A stretch of DNA of 64,000 nucleotides, taken from NCBI GenBank assembly GCA_023920165.1, contig CP089277.1, forward strand, positions 1,736,001-1,800,000. Direction: 5' to 3'. Shown piece by piece: positions 51,132-62,835 of this stretch. This stretch comes from Curvularia clavata. Lineage: Eukaryota. Position 1 is the first letter of the stretch. Every line of letters begins with the position of its first letter. A program made the position numbers and the translations under genes. The notes under the pieces are model-generated. The model did not search any database, was not told the origin of the DNA, and saw only the letters and a list, made by a program, of their open reading frames with translations.

Positions 51132-52387
51132 ATGGAGACCACTCAAGATGCTGCCGCCGCACCAAATGCCTATGTCCGTGCCACCGAGACGGCCAAATAC
51201 GTTCGTTCCCAACTGCCCGAGACCCTCCAAAACCCAAAAGTAGCCATTGTGTGCGGTTCTGGCCTTGGTGGGCTTGCCGACACCATCGAGCCCGAGCCAA
51301 AGGTCGAGTTGGCCTATGGCACCATTCCCAACTTCCCAAAGAGCACAGGTGCGTACAACAAGCCAGCTTCACAACCGGTGGATGCGGGGTGCTGACAAGT
51401 CTTACAGTCCAAGGTCATGCTGGGAAGTTTGTGTTTGGCCATATTGGTCCCCAGAAAACTCCCGTTGCGCTGCTTGTTGGACGGGCGCAGTAAGTCACTA
51501 CTCAATGAGAAGAACATCGTTTCTGAGCAAAATTGATATTGATTTGTGTAGTTTCTATGAAGGGCACTCGATGGACTTGGTCACATTCGCTACCCGAGTT
51601 TGCAAAGTGCTTGGCGTAGAAACCATGATTGGTACTGTAGCGTGCCAGGCAAGAAGCCGGACTGTTTGGCTGACGGAGCGTAGTCACGAATGCAGCTGGT
51701 GGTCTAAACCAGAACTACCGTGTGGGAGACATTGTGTGTCTAAATGACGTGCGTAAGTCCTTTGCAGGCTTCGAGACTCACCCTAACATTGTCTAGCACC
51801 TCAACATGGCTGGGCTGGTTGGCTTTCACCCTCTGCGTGGTCCCAACATCGATGAATTCGGTGTGCGTTTCCCGCCTCTGTCAGATGCGTATGACCTTGA
51901 TTTGAGGAGACGAACGCACAAAGCTTGGGTCAAGCTAGGGCTTGATCAGCAGCAGAGACGTCTACACGAAGGCGTTTATGCATTCGTTGCAGGACCAACG
52001 TACGTTTTCAAGTTTTCGCAGTTAATACATCAACATGTTCGTAGACATAGGCTAACATGTCCAAGCTACGAGACCCGCGCTGAATGCCGCATGCTGAGCA
52101 TGCTGGGTGCTGATGTGGTCGGCATGTCGACTGTTCCAGAGATTATCGTGGCCAGACACGCATCAATGCGCGTCCTTGCATTCAGCCTGGTCACAAACGT
52201 TGCTGTCCTGGAAGCAGGCTCTCGTGGAAACGATGCCGAGATCCAGGCCATGAGTAGAGCGCAACTGACTGAGCATCTCAGCCAAGGCAAGGCAAACCAT
52301 GAAGAGGTGCTAGAGGCTGGACGGGAGGCTGCCAAAGACATGCAGGCTCTGGTAAAGCAGATCCTTTCCGACTTGGAGGAGCAATAG
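51132..52387 (+). CDS. PNP1: Purine nucleoside phosphorylase (5 introns)
   Basis: VCGSGLGGL, FPKST|VQGHAG, GRA|HFYEG, VTNAAGGL, GPT|YETRAE, GADVVGMSTVPE, SLVTN, NHEEVL. Confidence 0.96.
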
Positions 52388-52558
52388 AAGCACCGCGGAC
52401 GAGAATTAGGTGTCGTCAGGACAAATCCCGCCACGACAGCAACGTCTGGACTAGCATAGCATCAAGGCAGCCAAAGCTAGCCTTGATGTTTCAAACAAGA
52501 AAAAGAAAAGAAAAATAACCGTACTTGACAGTTACCATGCAGATTTTTGCCCATTCGC

Positions 52559-53459
52559 TCAAGGCTTGACAATCTTTCCCTTGTTTCGCTTTGCTTTGAG
52601 GGCCTTGTAGTGGGCCTTCTTGCCGCTTGCCTTGGTCGTCTGGATATCCTGGTATTTGCGGTTGAAGCGACCGCTGTCTTGCTCTTGGGCAATGACCTCT
52701 TCCAGCATGGTCTGCTTGCGATCCTTGTTCTTGATACGGCTGCTGTAGAACTCGGTGGCGCCTTCAATGATGGTACCGACCTGGGAGAAGGCGGGAACAT
52801 CGCCCTTGGAGTTGTCCTTTTTGTAATGGCGCTTGGGATCTAGTACGCTGCGCATCTTGAGGAGCTGCAGATCGCGGCGCAATTCTGGAGTCAAGTCGGT
52901 CTTGGGCATATTGAACCATTGCGATCCAGCGGTTGCCTTTTTCTCCTGGAAACAAGCCGTTAGCGTGTTGTTGCTGACAAGGTTGAAAGCAAAAGTGTCA
53001 AGTAAAAAAGTGCCTCAGTGTAACTATGAACTAATGGAGCCTCAGTGGTGCAGGAGGGCAACCAAGACGGCGCCCGAATCTGCTCAGCAAAAACATTTGG
53101 GATAGATATCATCACAGGCGTGCAAATGCGACTGGGGATGGGCGTACCTCTTGCTTTTGTTTTTTGATCTGTAATGGATCCTCGATCTTCTTGATGCCAT
53201 TAGCCAGAGCCTTCTGGTTCTTGTCGACAAGCTTCGAGTGATCTAGACGTGTAATGTTGCCTTGAGTCTTTTCGTAAGTATCGGCGATACGGCCAGAGGC
53301 CAGTTTGGGAAGCTTGAATGGGGCTTCGGTTCTAGCTGCAGGCTGCGCTGCTTTTGCGCGCATGCGCTCAGCAGCCTCGTTGAGCAGCTCTCGTATCTGC
53401 TCGTCGGAGAGGTCCTCGTCGGAATCCTCGACAAGGGGCTGGTGCGTTGGCAGCTCCAT
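52559..53459 (-). CDS. FCF2: Fcf2 pre-rRNA processing protein (one 202-nt intron, 52946-53147)
   Basis: TAGSQWFNMPKTDLTPELRRDLQLLKMRSVLDPKRHYKK, FSQVGTIIEG.TEFYSSR. Confidence 0.93.
53012..53119 (-). ncRNA. Intronic box C/D snoRNA, snR63/SNORD46-like (guide for LSU rRNA Am2256, yeast numbering)
   Basis: Box C GTGATGA (53109-53115), D' CTGA (53084-53087), box D CTGA (53015-53018) and a terminal GCC/GGC stem. The antisense element TCATAGTTAC (53020-53029) is complementary to the conserved LSU helix-69 sequence GUAACUAUGA. Confidence 0.88.
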
Positions 53460-53948
53460 GCTGGCGATGGCGGAAAGAAGATGGAAAATTTGGAGAAGCA
53501 CTTTTTGAGAAGCTGGGCGCACGAGCCATGTCGGCAAAACCGACGAGGCCGACGAACCATGCCAAGACTGGACTGTACTGCAAGTGGCCTGGTTGGTGTA
53601 GCCTGTGTATGTACAGTATGGTATTGATAATATGCATCCAGCTGCTCCTGCAGGCCCAAATCAAATGTCTGCCCCTGGCGCCTCGGCCACGTCAAGTCGC
53701 GCACCACCTCGCCTGCTCTGACCAGCTTCATTCTGGCCGTTTGGCACATTGGCCTATGACGCGTGCTTGCATACATGATGGTGCGGTCGAGGAGGGTGAG
53801 GATGGACAACTCATCGCTCGCATGGCTGGATGCTCCCACGGCCAATCGGGAGGCGTGATGACGGCCCATGGGTGCTGTTTCCGCCCAGCCACGGTCGCGA
53901 TGTGGCCCAGCATTGCGCCTCTACGAGGCACACAATGTGATGAAGGCG

Positions 53949-53969
53949 GCAGCAGCAGCAGCAGCAGCA
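53949..53969. repeat. (CAG)n microsatellite in the FCF2-hapE intergenic region
   Basis: gcagcagcagcagcagcagca seen directly. Confidence 0.85.
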
Positions 53970-54704
53970 CGGCGTCGATACTGTGCTGTCACAGCCCTGG
54001 GCACCGCGGGAGCGTGTGGTGCGACATGGATAGTAGCCCGCATATAAGCATGCTTGGAGCAGCATGGCGGAGCCTGTGTTGTGGGAGAATCAACCCGGCC
54101 GCGCGTGTTTGTTGCGTTGTGTAAAACCGCAAGCCTTGAAAGAAAGTCCTCGACTACCAGTCCATATCGTATCTGATTACCCTCCCTCTCGCCATTTGTG
54201 CTCGAGTATTGTCCTGTACCTGGGTAACGTCGGGGCCCTTGCTTAGCCGTGGTTCGTCGACCCGTTGGAAGGCCACCAACCAACCAAGCATCAAGTCCGC
54301 GACGATATACTCGGGCTGGGACTTGATTCGCCAGGCCCAAGCACAGGTCAGTCGCATTTCCTGTTCGACGTCTGGAGTCGAGATGATTTTGTGCAATGGA
54401 GAGATGCTCATACACGATGCCAGGCCGCCTGCAGCAGCGCCTCTCGCCCCAAAAAACAGGCCTTCGCGTCTCCCCCGCGCCGTCTCTCTGCACCTCAGCC
54501 GGCCACTCAGACCGCACCTTTGACGCAATCACGACCGCGCTCTCCTTCCACAACGCGCCTACACCAGCTTCTCCAACCACTCATTGCGCGCTGCGCATAT
54601 CTCCTCTGCACCAACCCGCTCTTGACGACTGATTTGCCTGCCCCATCTCGTCCGCTCACACTTCAGACACCACGCGCACTCTGTCGCACTTGCGCAACCA
54701 CGCC

Positions 54705-55835
54705 ATGGATCAGGTCAACCTCCAGAGCCACGGCCAGCAGAAGATGCGCCAGGCCACGGCTGCTCCTCGCAAATATGACGGCCAGCAGGGCAACCCGCTC
54801 TACGACCCCGCCAATGGCGGCCACTACGGTACGTTTCTATGCCTGTCGGACCTCAGCTCTTGCTGTCGCATGCTCCATCAGTGCTTCTGCTAACGCAATC
54901 CTCCAGGCGCATCCGCAGCAGTATGTCTTTCCTGCACCTCCACGGCTGTCTCCAGCTTCCCGTCGCTGATTATTTGGTCCAGATTGCCGCACAAAATCAA
55001 GCTCCCGACCCACAGCTCTTCACTGGTTCCTGGCAAAATGTACGCGCTCGCCTCTGCTGCCTCAATAGCTGCGACAAGCTGACACTGGCAGGTGAACCAA
55101 GGCCTCACTGGTAACTACCGCGACATTCTCAACACGTACTGGCAGCAGCAGGTAACCAAGCTCGAAACCGACGAGCACGACTACAAGCTCCACCAGCTTC
55201 CCCTCGCTCGCATCAAGAAGGTCATGAAGGCCGATCCTGAGGTCAAGATGATTTCTGCTGAAGCACCTATTTTATTTGCAAAGGGATGCGACATCTTCAT
55301 CACAGAGCTAACAATGCGCGCATGGATTCACGCCGAGGAGAACAAGCGTCGCACCCTGCAGCGCTCCGACATTGCTTCCGCACTGTCCAAGTCGGACATG
55401 TTTGACTTCCTTATCGATATCGTCCCTCGCGAAGAGGCGCATCCACACAAGAGGAGCGCGGGCCAAAACGCGGCCGTACAGTCATCGGCAGCAGTCGTGC
55501 CCCCCGGTGGTATGCCTCAGCCTGTGCACGCCCAGCACCCCATGGCTCCTCCCGACTACGGCATGAACCAGCACCTCGCCCAGCAGGAGGACTACCGACA
55601 GCCGTCCATGTACCCCGGAGCGGTGCAGGGCGACCCTAATGTGTATGCGCAACAGGGCATGTTCGACCCCAATGCCTACGGGCCATATGGCGCAATGGGA
55701 CAGCAGCCTCAGATGTACGCTGTTGGCCAGCGCGGACCAGATCCAAACGCAGGTGACCCTCAGGGCTTCGGTCGCTATGGCGAGACTGACGCTGACGACG
55801 ATGCCCAGGGCGAGCGAGTGGACGCGGACAACTAG
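54705..55835 (+). CDS. hapE: CCAAT-binding complex subunit HapE/Hap5 (NF-YC histone fold; 3 introns, one 14-nt micro-exon)
   Basis: [60 protein letters not shown]...[12 protein letters not shown]. Confidence 0.96.
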
Positions 55836-56711
55836 TCGTTGGACGTATGTCTGACCGAAGCGGTCATATAGCGCCAATGTTGGTACAACACTTTGTGCCC
55901 TGCAGTTAAATTGATCTTGGATAGTTACGGCGTTTTGGGTACGGTGTTTTGGGCACACGGCCGCGGAATGGCTAGGTATCATGAAAGGCGTCATAAGACG
56001 GTAGCACTTAATGGAGCGGCAATTAGCTTTGTTGTCAACATGTGATGCTTGTCCCGTAACAGCATAACCGGTGAGGCTTGTTCTCTCAGTGTGATGACCC
56101 AGTAGGATATGACGTTAGCAGCAAGCCCCGGTCCGTTCCGGCCAAGACAGCAGACTGGACAGGACCGAGGTCCTTGGTGGTGGACGACTACTACAACGAT
56201 GCGCGGGTCTAATGTCTCTGTACCTGCATTTTCTAGTGGCCTCCGTCCCATTCCGAAGACTGGTAGCACCGAGGCCCGTCACATGCATGGCTGGCTGGAT
56301 AGAAGGTGCGAGCCAACAGAGGTGTTTTGTATACGGCTTGGCGCTCAATGTACAAAGTGTTTCATTCTGCATGAGCGATCCACGCGTGGACTGAGAGTCT
56401 CCTTACCAAGAACTGCATGTCCACGTACGAAACGAGGACGGTCGCGGAGTTTGTCCGACTACCCGAGAAGGCACTAGCATGGCCGTCTCTCCAAGTGAGG
56501 CGCGTCCCAAACTCCGCCCGGGTACCCCGCCGCTACTGGCCCGTGCTCCCACCCCACCTGCCCAGGGCCAACAGAACAGGTGCATAGTGCAGCTCTCTCA
56601 CCTACATCAAGCGCCCATTCTGTCTCTTCTTCTCTCACCGACTCTTGAATTGCTTTCTCTCAATCCCCATCTTCTCACACTCATACCTTCTCCCATCAAA
56701 TCCCATCCAAA

Positions 56712-57985
56712 ATGGTCAAGGCCGTAGTTGCTGGAGCTTCTGGAGGCATTGGACAGGTACGAGCCCGCGAGCACCGCAAAGGCTGCTAAACAACCATTGG
56801 AGCCCCCGATGACTGACCTGCAATAGCCCCTCTCTCTGCTCCTCAAGTCCTGCCAGCACGTCACCGAGCTCTCACTCTACGATGTCGTAAACACTCCAGG
56901 TGTCGCTGCTGACCTGTCCCACATCTCAACCCCCGCGGTATGATATCTCGCCATGTATTCACATGACGACACTAAACTGGTTTTAGGTTGTCAAGGGCTT
57001 CCTGCCCGCAGACAATGGCATCGAGAAGGCCTTCACTGGCGCTGACATTGTTGTCATCCCCGCTGGCATTCCTCGTAAGTTGATACACTCCATGGCATGC
57101 AGGGGAAAATTAACAAGGCCAAAGGCAAGCCTGGAATGACCCGCGACGACCTCTTCAAGATCAATGCTGGCATTGTCAAGGGTCTCGTCGAGGGTGTTGC
57201 CAAGTACTGCCCCAAGGCTTTCCTTCTCATCATCTCCAACCCCGTCAACTCGACTGTTCCTATCGCCGCCGAGGTCCTCAAGAAGGCAAATGTCTTCGAC
57301 CCCAAGAAGCTCTTCGGTGTCACAACCCTAGACGTCGTCCGTGCTGAGACCTTCGTCGCTGAGATCGTCGGCGAGAAGAACCCCGGCAACCTTAACATTC
57401 CCGTCATCGGTGGCCACTCTGGCGAGACCATTGTCCCGCTGTTCAGCCAGGCCAAGCCTAGCGTAGAAATCCCAGCGGACAAGATGGATGCTCTTGTCAA
57501 CCGTGTTCAGTTTGGCGGTGACGAGGTCGTCAAGGCAAAGGACGGTGCTGGTTCAGCCACTCTCTCCATGGCCTATGCCGGATACCGGTAGGTTTTGTAT
57601 GGCTATGCTTTGGAATGATACAACTGACCACAGACAGATTCGCCGAGAAGGTCATCAGGGCATCCAAGGGCGAAAAGGGCATCGTCGAGCCCAGCTTTGT
57701 CTTCCTCCCCGGCGTCCAAGGCGGCGATGCGATCTCCAAGGCCACTGGAACCGAGTTCTTCTCCGTGCCTATTGAGCTTGGCGTAAGTAATCTCAGCTGA
57801 GCTTGAAGCCTGGTTATGTTTTGTGCCTTTGCTAACCCTCAAAACAGCCCAGTGGTGCCGAGAAGGCCATTGACGTCGTCAGCAGTGCGAACGAGCACGA
57901 GAAGAAGCTTCTCCAGGCCTGCTACAGCGGCCTGTCAGGCAACATTAGCAAGGGCGTCGAGTTCGTTCTCAGCCCTCCTCAGTAG
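56712..57985 (+). CDS. mdh: NAD-dependent malate dehydrogenase, cytosolic type with no presequence (5 coding introns)
   Basis: [90 protein letters not shown]. Confidence 0.96.
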
Positions 57986-58965
57986 TGAGTACATACCGAT
58001 GGAAGTATGACGCTAATGGAGGGCTGACAAGGTTGTGCAGGATGAACGGGGAAGGCTACAGATGAGGAGACATACGGAATGTTTATGAGTATATGACATT
58101 GAGAGACGAAAATTGAAATAAATCATTGCCGTCCCAACAACCAGTTTGCATCCTGACTCATAGTGTGATGGCCTCCGGTGTCGTGATTATCTCGTGATGA
58201 ACTTATTGTGGATTCGAAGCAGAGTACGTCCGTATAGGATACGACCTTTCCCCTTTGGATGAATCAGGAAAGAAAACATTGAATGGGATGATTCTACCGT
58301 ACATGGGATGTGTGCGCCTAATACAGGTGTTCAGACCAATCAAAAAGCTGTTTATACATAAGATGGAAGCTGTAATTATCCTGAAATCTTGAAACTAATA
58401 AATCTGCAGAAATGATAATAAGTTCCCCTTGACGTGTCGCTCACAAAGCACTCGGTACTTGAGGACACAAATACCGGGCGGGGAAGGGAGACGCATGGTA
58501 TGCTGATAGTTATCTGGAACAAGTTATCATTTGGCAATGGTTACGAATATGCAAACCCTCTTAATCATGCAGGGTGGGAAGTGGATTTGGAGAGCGTGTG
58601 GTTTGTTTGTGAGGCGCGCCGAGCCATGCCACTATGGACCCTTGCCGGATGATCGACAGCGATTCTGGAAAGCCCACATGGAGCTCTAACGCCGACATAC
58701 CGCGCATTACGCCTTGTAACTCTGATCTCACCCTAACAGCTGTATATTCCCGCTCGCTGGTATCACACGCCGACCGTCCCAGACGTAAATACACGGATAC
58801 AACCCCCATTGTGTTCTCAATCTCATCTCCGACCTGTCGTATTCCGACTCCCTCAAACGACACACGCGCGCCCCTCATACCACACATCGCAAACCAGCCA
58901 ACAAGCTACATCTGTGGCAGTAAAAGCAGTCTACTTCAAAAGATAGACAAACGACAGCCATCGAA

Positions 58966-59859
58966 ATGGCGCAAGTCAATCCCGCTGCGCCAAATGAAAC
59001 CTCAACACCCTACGTTGACCCCACCTTCTCACTAGTCAACACATCATGCCTGGACTTGCTCCTCATTGAACTCGTACCCATGGCCTACCGCATAACCGCC
59101 GACCTCGCTGCGCGAGAGGAAGAATGGATACACGGCTCAGCATCGCCGGCTGCAAGACCAAAGCGTCTGTCAGGCTCGATGAGCAACGACGCGGCGAGTA
59201 CGGTGGCAGGTACCGCGAGAGGTACGGAAGCCGGAACACACCTGGGCGGCGCGGCGACAGTCGATGAAGAGGAGAGTAGAGAAGCAGTATTCCACCGTTT
59301 GGAAGCGCTAGGATACAGAGTTGGTCTTGGAGTTGTAGAACGGTATGTCTTCTCCCCTTCACCTTACTATCCAAGCGCATAGATTGCACGCCTCAAGCAG
59401 AACACCACCCTCGTTCCTCCGACAAACCAACCGACTAACCAAACTCCCATAAGATTCTCCCGCGACGCCCCACGCCCCACAACCCCCCTCGACTGCATCA
59501 AATTCCTCTGCAAAGACCTCTGGACTCTCCTCTTCCGCAAACAAATTGACAACCTCAAGACCAACCACCGCGGAATCTACGTGCTCACCGACAACACATT
59601 TAAGCCCCTCGGCCGCATGTCCTTTGACACCAAAAAATACGACGCCGCCATGCAAGCAGCGCTTGTCGCCCAAACGGGAGACCCAGCGCTGGGAAGAGAC
59701 GCGAATAGTCAGGCGAGAGTACAGCCGTTTTTGTATTTTCCGGCAGGACTGATAAGGGGCTGTCTGGCTAGTTTGGGGATTCAGGCAAGTGTCACTGCAG
59801 AGAGTGCGGCACTACCAGGGGCGACGTTTCAGATCAGGACGGTGGGAGCGAAGAGTTGA
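58966..59859 (+). CDS. TRS33: TRAPP complex subunit Trs33 (Bet3 family, 1 intron)
   Basis: SCLDLLLIELV, RLEALGYRVG...ER|FSRD, LDCIKFLCKDLW..LFRKQIDNLKTNHRG.YVLTDN, PAGLIRG.L. Confidence 0.93.
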
Positions 59860-60395
59860 TGTGATGATTGAGTGGGGAAGAGCTTCTTCTTCTTCCAAAA
59901 TAAGAGGAATGATATGATGATTGTTCAGCGGCATTTACGTGGCGTTCTGGGTGCGGTATGTATGTAGAGGGAACGACTAATATTTTGCCTTGCGGTTTGG
60001 TTTTAGGGGAATGAGGGTTGGTAATCATGTTAGCTGCGCGTATGTGTCAAAGTCTTCCATGCATAGATCTACGTAAGACACAATAGCATCCTTGTACAAG
60101 ACTGCCAATTCATACACCTTTTTGCTCCATCAAGCAAGAAACCAAGGTAACAGCCATGACTTATCCGTGACATGAAGGCGTCACAACCCATGGTCTACAG
60201 TACACTAGAATACAACACAAGCACAAGCCGAACTCATGGGTTCAGCTTAACAGCTCGTGGATATAAAAGATAGCAATTTCCATTTTCAAAAAAAAAAGAA
60301 CGCCACAAATGCTCTAGACTAGCACAGTGTGCGCTTGTGTCCCTTTATCATGACAGATAATTAACCCAGTTAAGAAAAAAGAGAGGAAAAAAAAA

Positions 60396-62835
60396 TCAGA
60401 CATTGCTCGGACCGCCAGGTCCTTTCGGGTCGAGCAGCAGATGCGGCTTGAGGAAACCGTCATCAATCTGCTTGAAAGCGTTTGCAGGATCGTGACTAAT
60501 TTCGCTAATCAGCTGCTTCACTGCTCCAGTGGCGGTGGCTACTCTGCCTGGGCCCTCTGGAGGCCTGTTTCCAGAGGTTGGGTAGGGTGTGGTGGATGGT
60601 GCGCTGCTTCCTAGTGGTGATGGGACGCGGTTTGGTGAGCGGCGAGCACTGGGTGGGAGGTCAAGGTCAATGTCATCTTCGTCGTTGGAGCCGCTGTCGG
60701 CGGGACTGAGAAGACCCTGATCTGCGCCATCTCGGGCTCGGACGTGACTTGAGTTGCGTCGCATGGCACCGTTGGGGCGTGAGCGTGGATCGCTGCGGTT
60801 TCGTGATCCACTCGAGTAAGAACCGTTCTGTCCGTTAACATTGTTAAGAGTGAAAGCGCCCTGGTTGGGCCGGGGCGTGTGACCATAACCTTGGCCCTGC
60901 TTGCGGCTATATGTACCGCCACTGACAACTTCAATGTCGAACTCATCATCGCTGTCAATCTCCTCAACTACGCCAGTGCGAATGCCGAGAATCTCTAGCA
61001 TGCGCGCCGTGGTGCCTCCAAAGATAATAACCGTCAAAACGACAACGACAAGGACAGTTGCTCGTAGAGTGTCGCCGTTGTTACCCGTGAGACCTGCCGC
61101 CAGAGCAACGCCAACAGCACCGCGTAGACCTGCCCAGTAAATCATGACCTGGTGGGACCATGGAATTTCTTCCACAAGCTCAGCACCACGTCGGCGTTGG
61201 CGGTATCGGGTGACAGAGTTGATGATTCGGGAAAGTGGGAACACGGCGCACCATCGAGCTGCGCAGATACCAGCAACAGTGATGAGGATGAAGAGTGGCT
61301 TGTAGTCCAGCTTGTCGTCAGTAAAGAGTGAGAGCCCCAGGTAGATGAAGATGAAGTTCTCTGAAATTTGCGAGGTGACTTGGAACACGAATTTAGTTGT
61401 GAGTTGTGTCCGCCTGGACATGTTGTGATAAGCGTAGTGCTTCATGCATATTCCGCAGAACAGCAGTGAGACGATGCCTGTTTTCTCGGTCAGTGCCAAT
61501 ATGCATCGACAAAACGGCAACACTTACCCGACATGTGGATGGCGTTGGACATGAAGTATGTCAAGTATGCCGTAAGGATGATCAGACAACTCTCCGTCTT
61601 GGGGAAGCGCCTGACATAGGTGAACTTGAGCATCAGAGAGACAGCAATGCCGACTGTGACTCCAATGAATAGACTGCCAAAGAAGACGCCGAAGAAGATG
61701 CCAAAGGCCTCGAACAGACTAAGAATGCCAAGCGACTCTGCTCCGTCCTTGTACTTTTGTGCGGTTTCAAACAAGACAATGGCGACGGCATCGTTGAGAA
61801 TGGACTCGCCGAAAATCAGCGTGTATAGCTTGGGCTCTACTTTGTACGTATCAAAGATGGCGAGAATAGTCACGGGGTCAGTAGCGGAAAGAGTGGCGCC
61901 AACCGACATGGCTTCGACAAAATTAATCTTGAAGCCATCAAGCGGAATCCTGGTCCAGAGGAACAGGATGAGACCCAGGACTAGAGCGGAAATGAAGGTT
62001 CCTGCAAATGCAAAGGTGAGGATGGTGCCAATGTGCCGAAAGAAATTCCCCTAGAGTATGTTAGGAGACGACTGGACAAAAGGGTGTGCAGAACCCACTT
62101 GGTGCAATTCGTAACCAGCCGACAGGATAATGGGTGGCAGCAGCAGGTTAAAAAACATTTGGTAGTCAAAACTGACGGCATCCCGCACGGATGCGACTGC
62201 TGTCAGGCGGAGGACGAGGCCAACAACCATTCCTGGAAGCGGTTAGCGGGGATCGTGTAGCGCGATGCGATTACGCGATGGGCCAAGGCGTCATTGTTGT
62301 GGGCAGGACGTGTGCACATTTACCCCACAATTACACGGCGGATCGAGGTTTGGCTACAAGCGAGCAAGGCCATGGCCTGCAACCCACTATGCACACTACG
62401 CGGAGCTTGTCACGACGATTGCGCTGGAGCGGCCGCGGTCTGGACGGGCATGGGATCAACATACCAGCAAAGATGGAAAGGACCGTCTCATGGACAGCCT
62501 GGATTTTGCGAGTATGCAGGATGTAGCTCGTGAAGAGGGCTATGATGAGGAGGATGATCAAGATGGACAGAGCCCATGAGGTGAATATTTCCTTTTGGCC
62601 AGCCTCGGGTTCGTCTGCATCGGGGGATTAGACACGGAACAGGTATGTGAATTGGTATGCGGCTATGGGGAACTGACCGTCCGGGTCTGCGTCGGTTGTG
62701 TCTCTCTCTGCGACAGATGGTCAGCCAGTTCAGCTCGTATGGACATGTCTTGGGCTTGAGGCACCAGGCTCCAAGTTCTCAAGGGCGCATACTCAGAAGT
62801 TGGCCAACGGCCCACCACCCCATTATAGAAGCCAT
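60396..62835 (-). CDS. NHX1: Endosomal Na+(K+)/H+ exchanger Nhx1 (5 introns)
   Basis: EIFTSWAL, HETVLSIFAG, FFNLLLPPII, LSATDPVTILAIF, FGESILNDAVAIV, SGIVSLLFCGI, ENFIFIYLG, WAGLRGAVGVALA. Confidence 0.95.

Noticed and set aside
3144..52065. Several stop-free introns of length 3n (PEX3 3144-3191, YOP1 9773-9895, carrier 21801-21854, PTH11-like 33619-33678 and 34355-34402, PNP1 52000-52065) that let ORFs read through
   Set aside because: About six among roughly 55 short introns is what chance predicts, and all have canonical splice signals.
53460..54700. ORFs of 200-230 aa between FCF2 and hapE, and a single CCAAT site
   Set aside because: The ORFs show no coding signature, and one CCAAT pentamer is expected by chance.
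58160..58390. GTGATGA with a distant CTGA downstream of MDH
   Set aside because: No terminal stem and no rRNA or snRNA complementarity that I can recognise.
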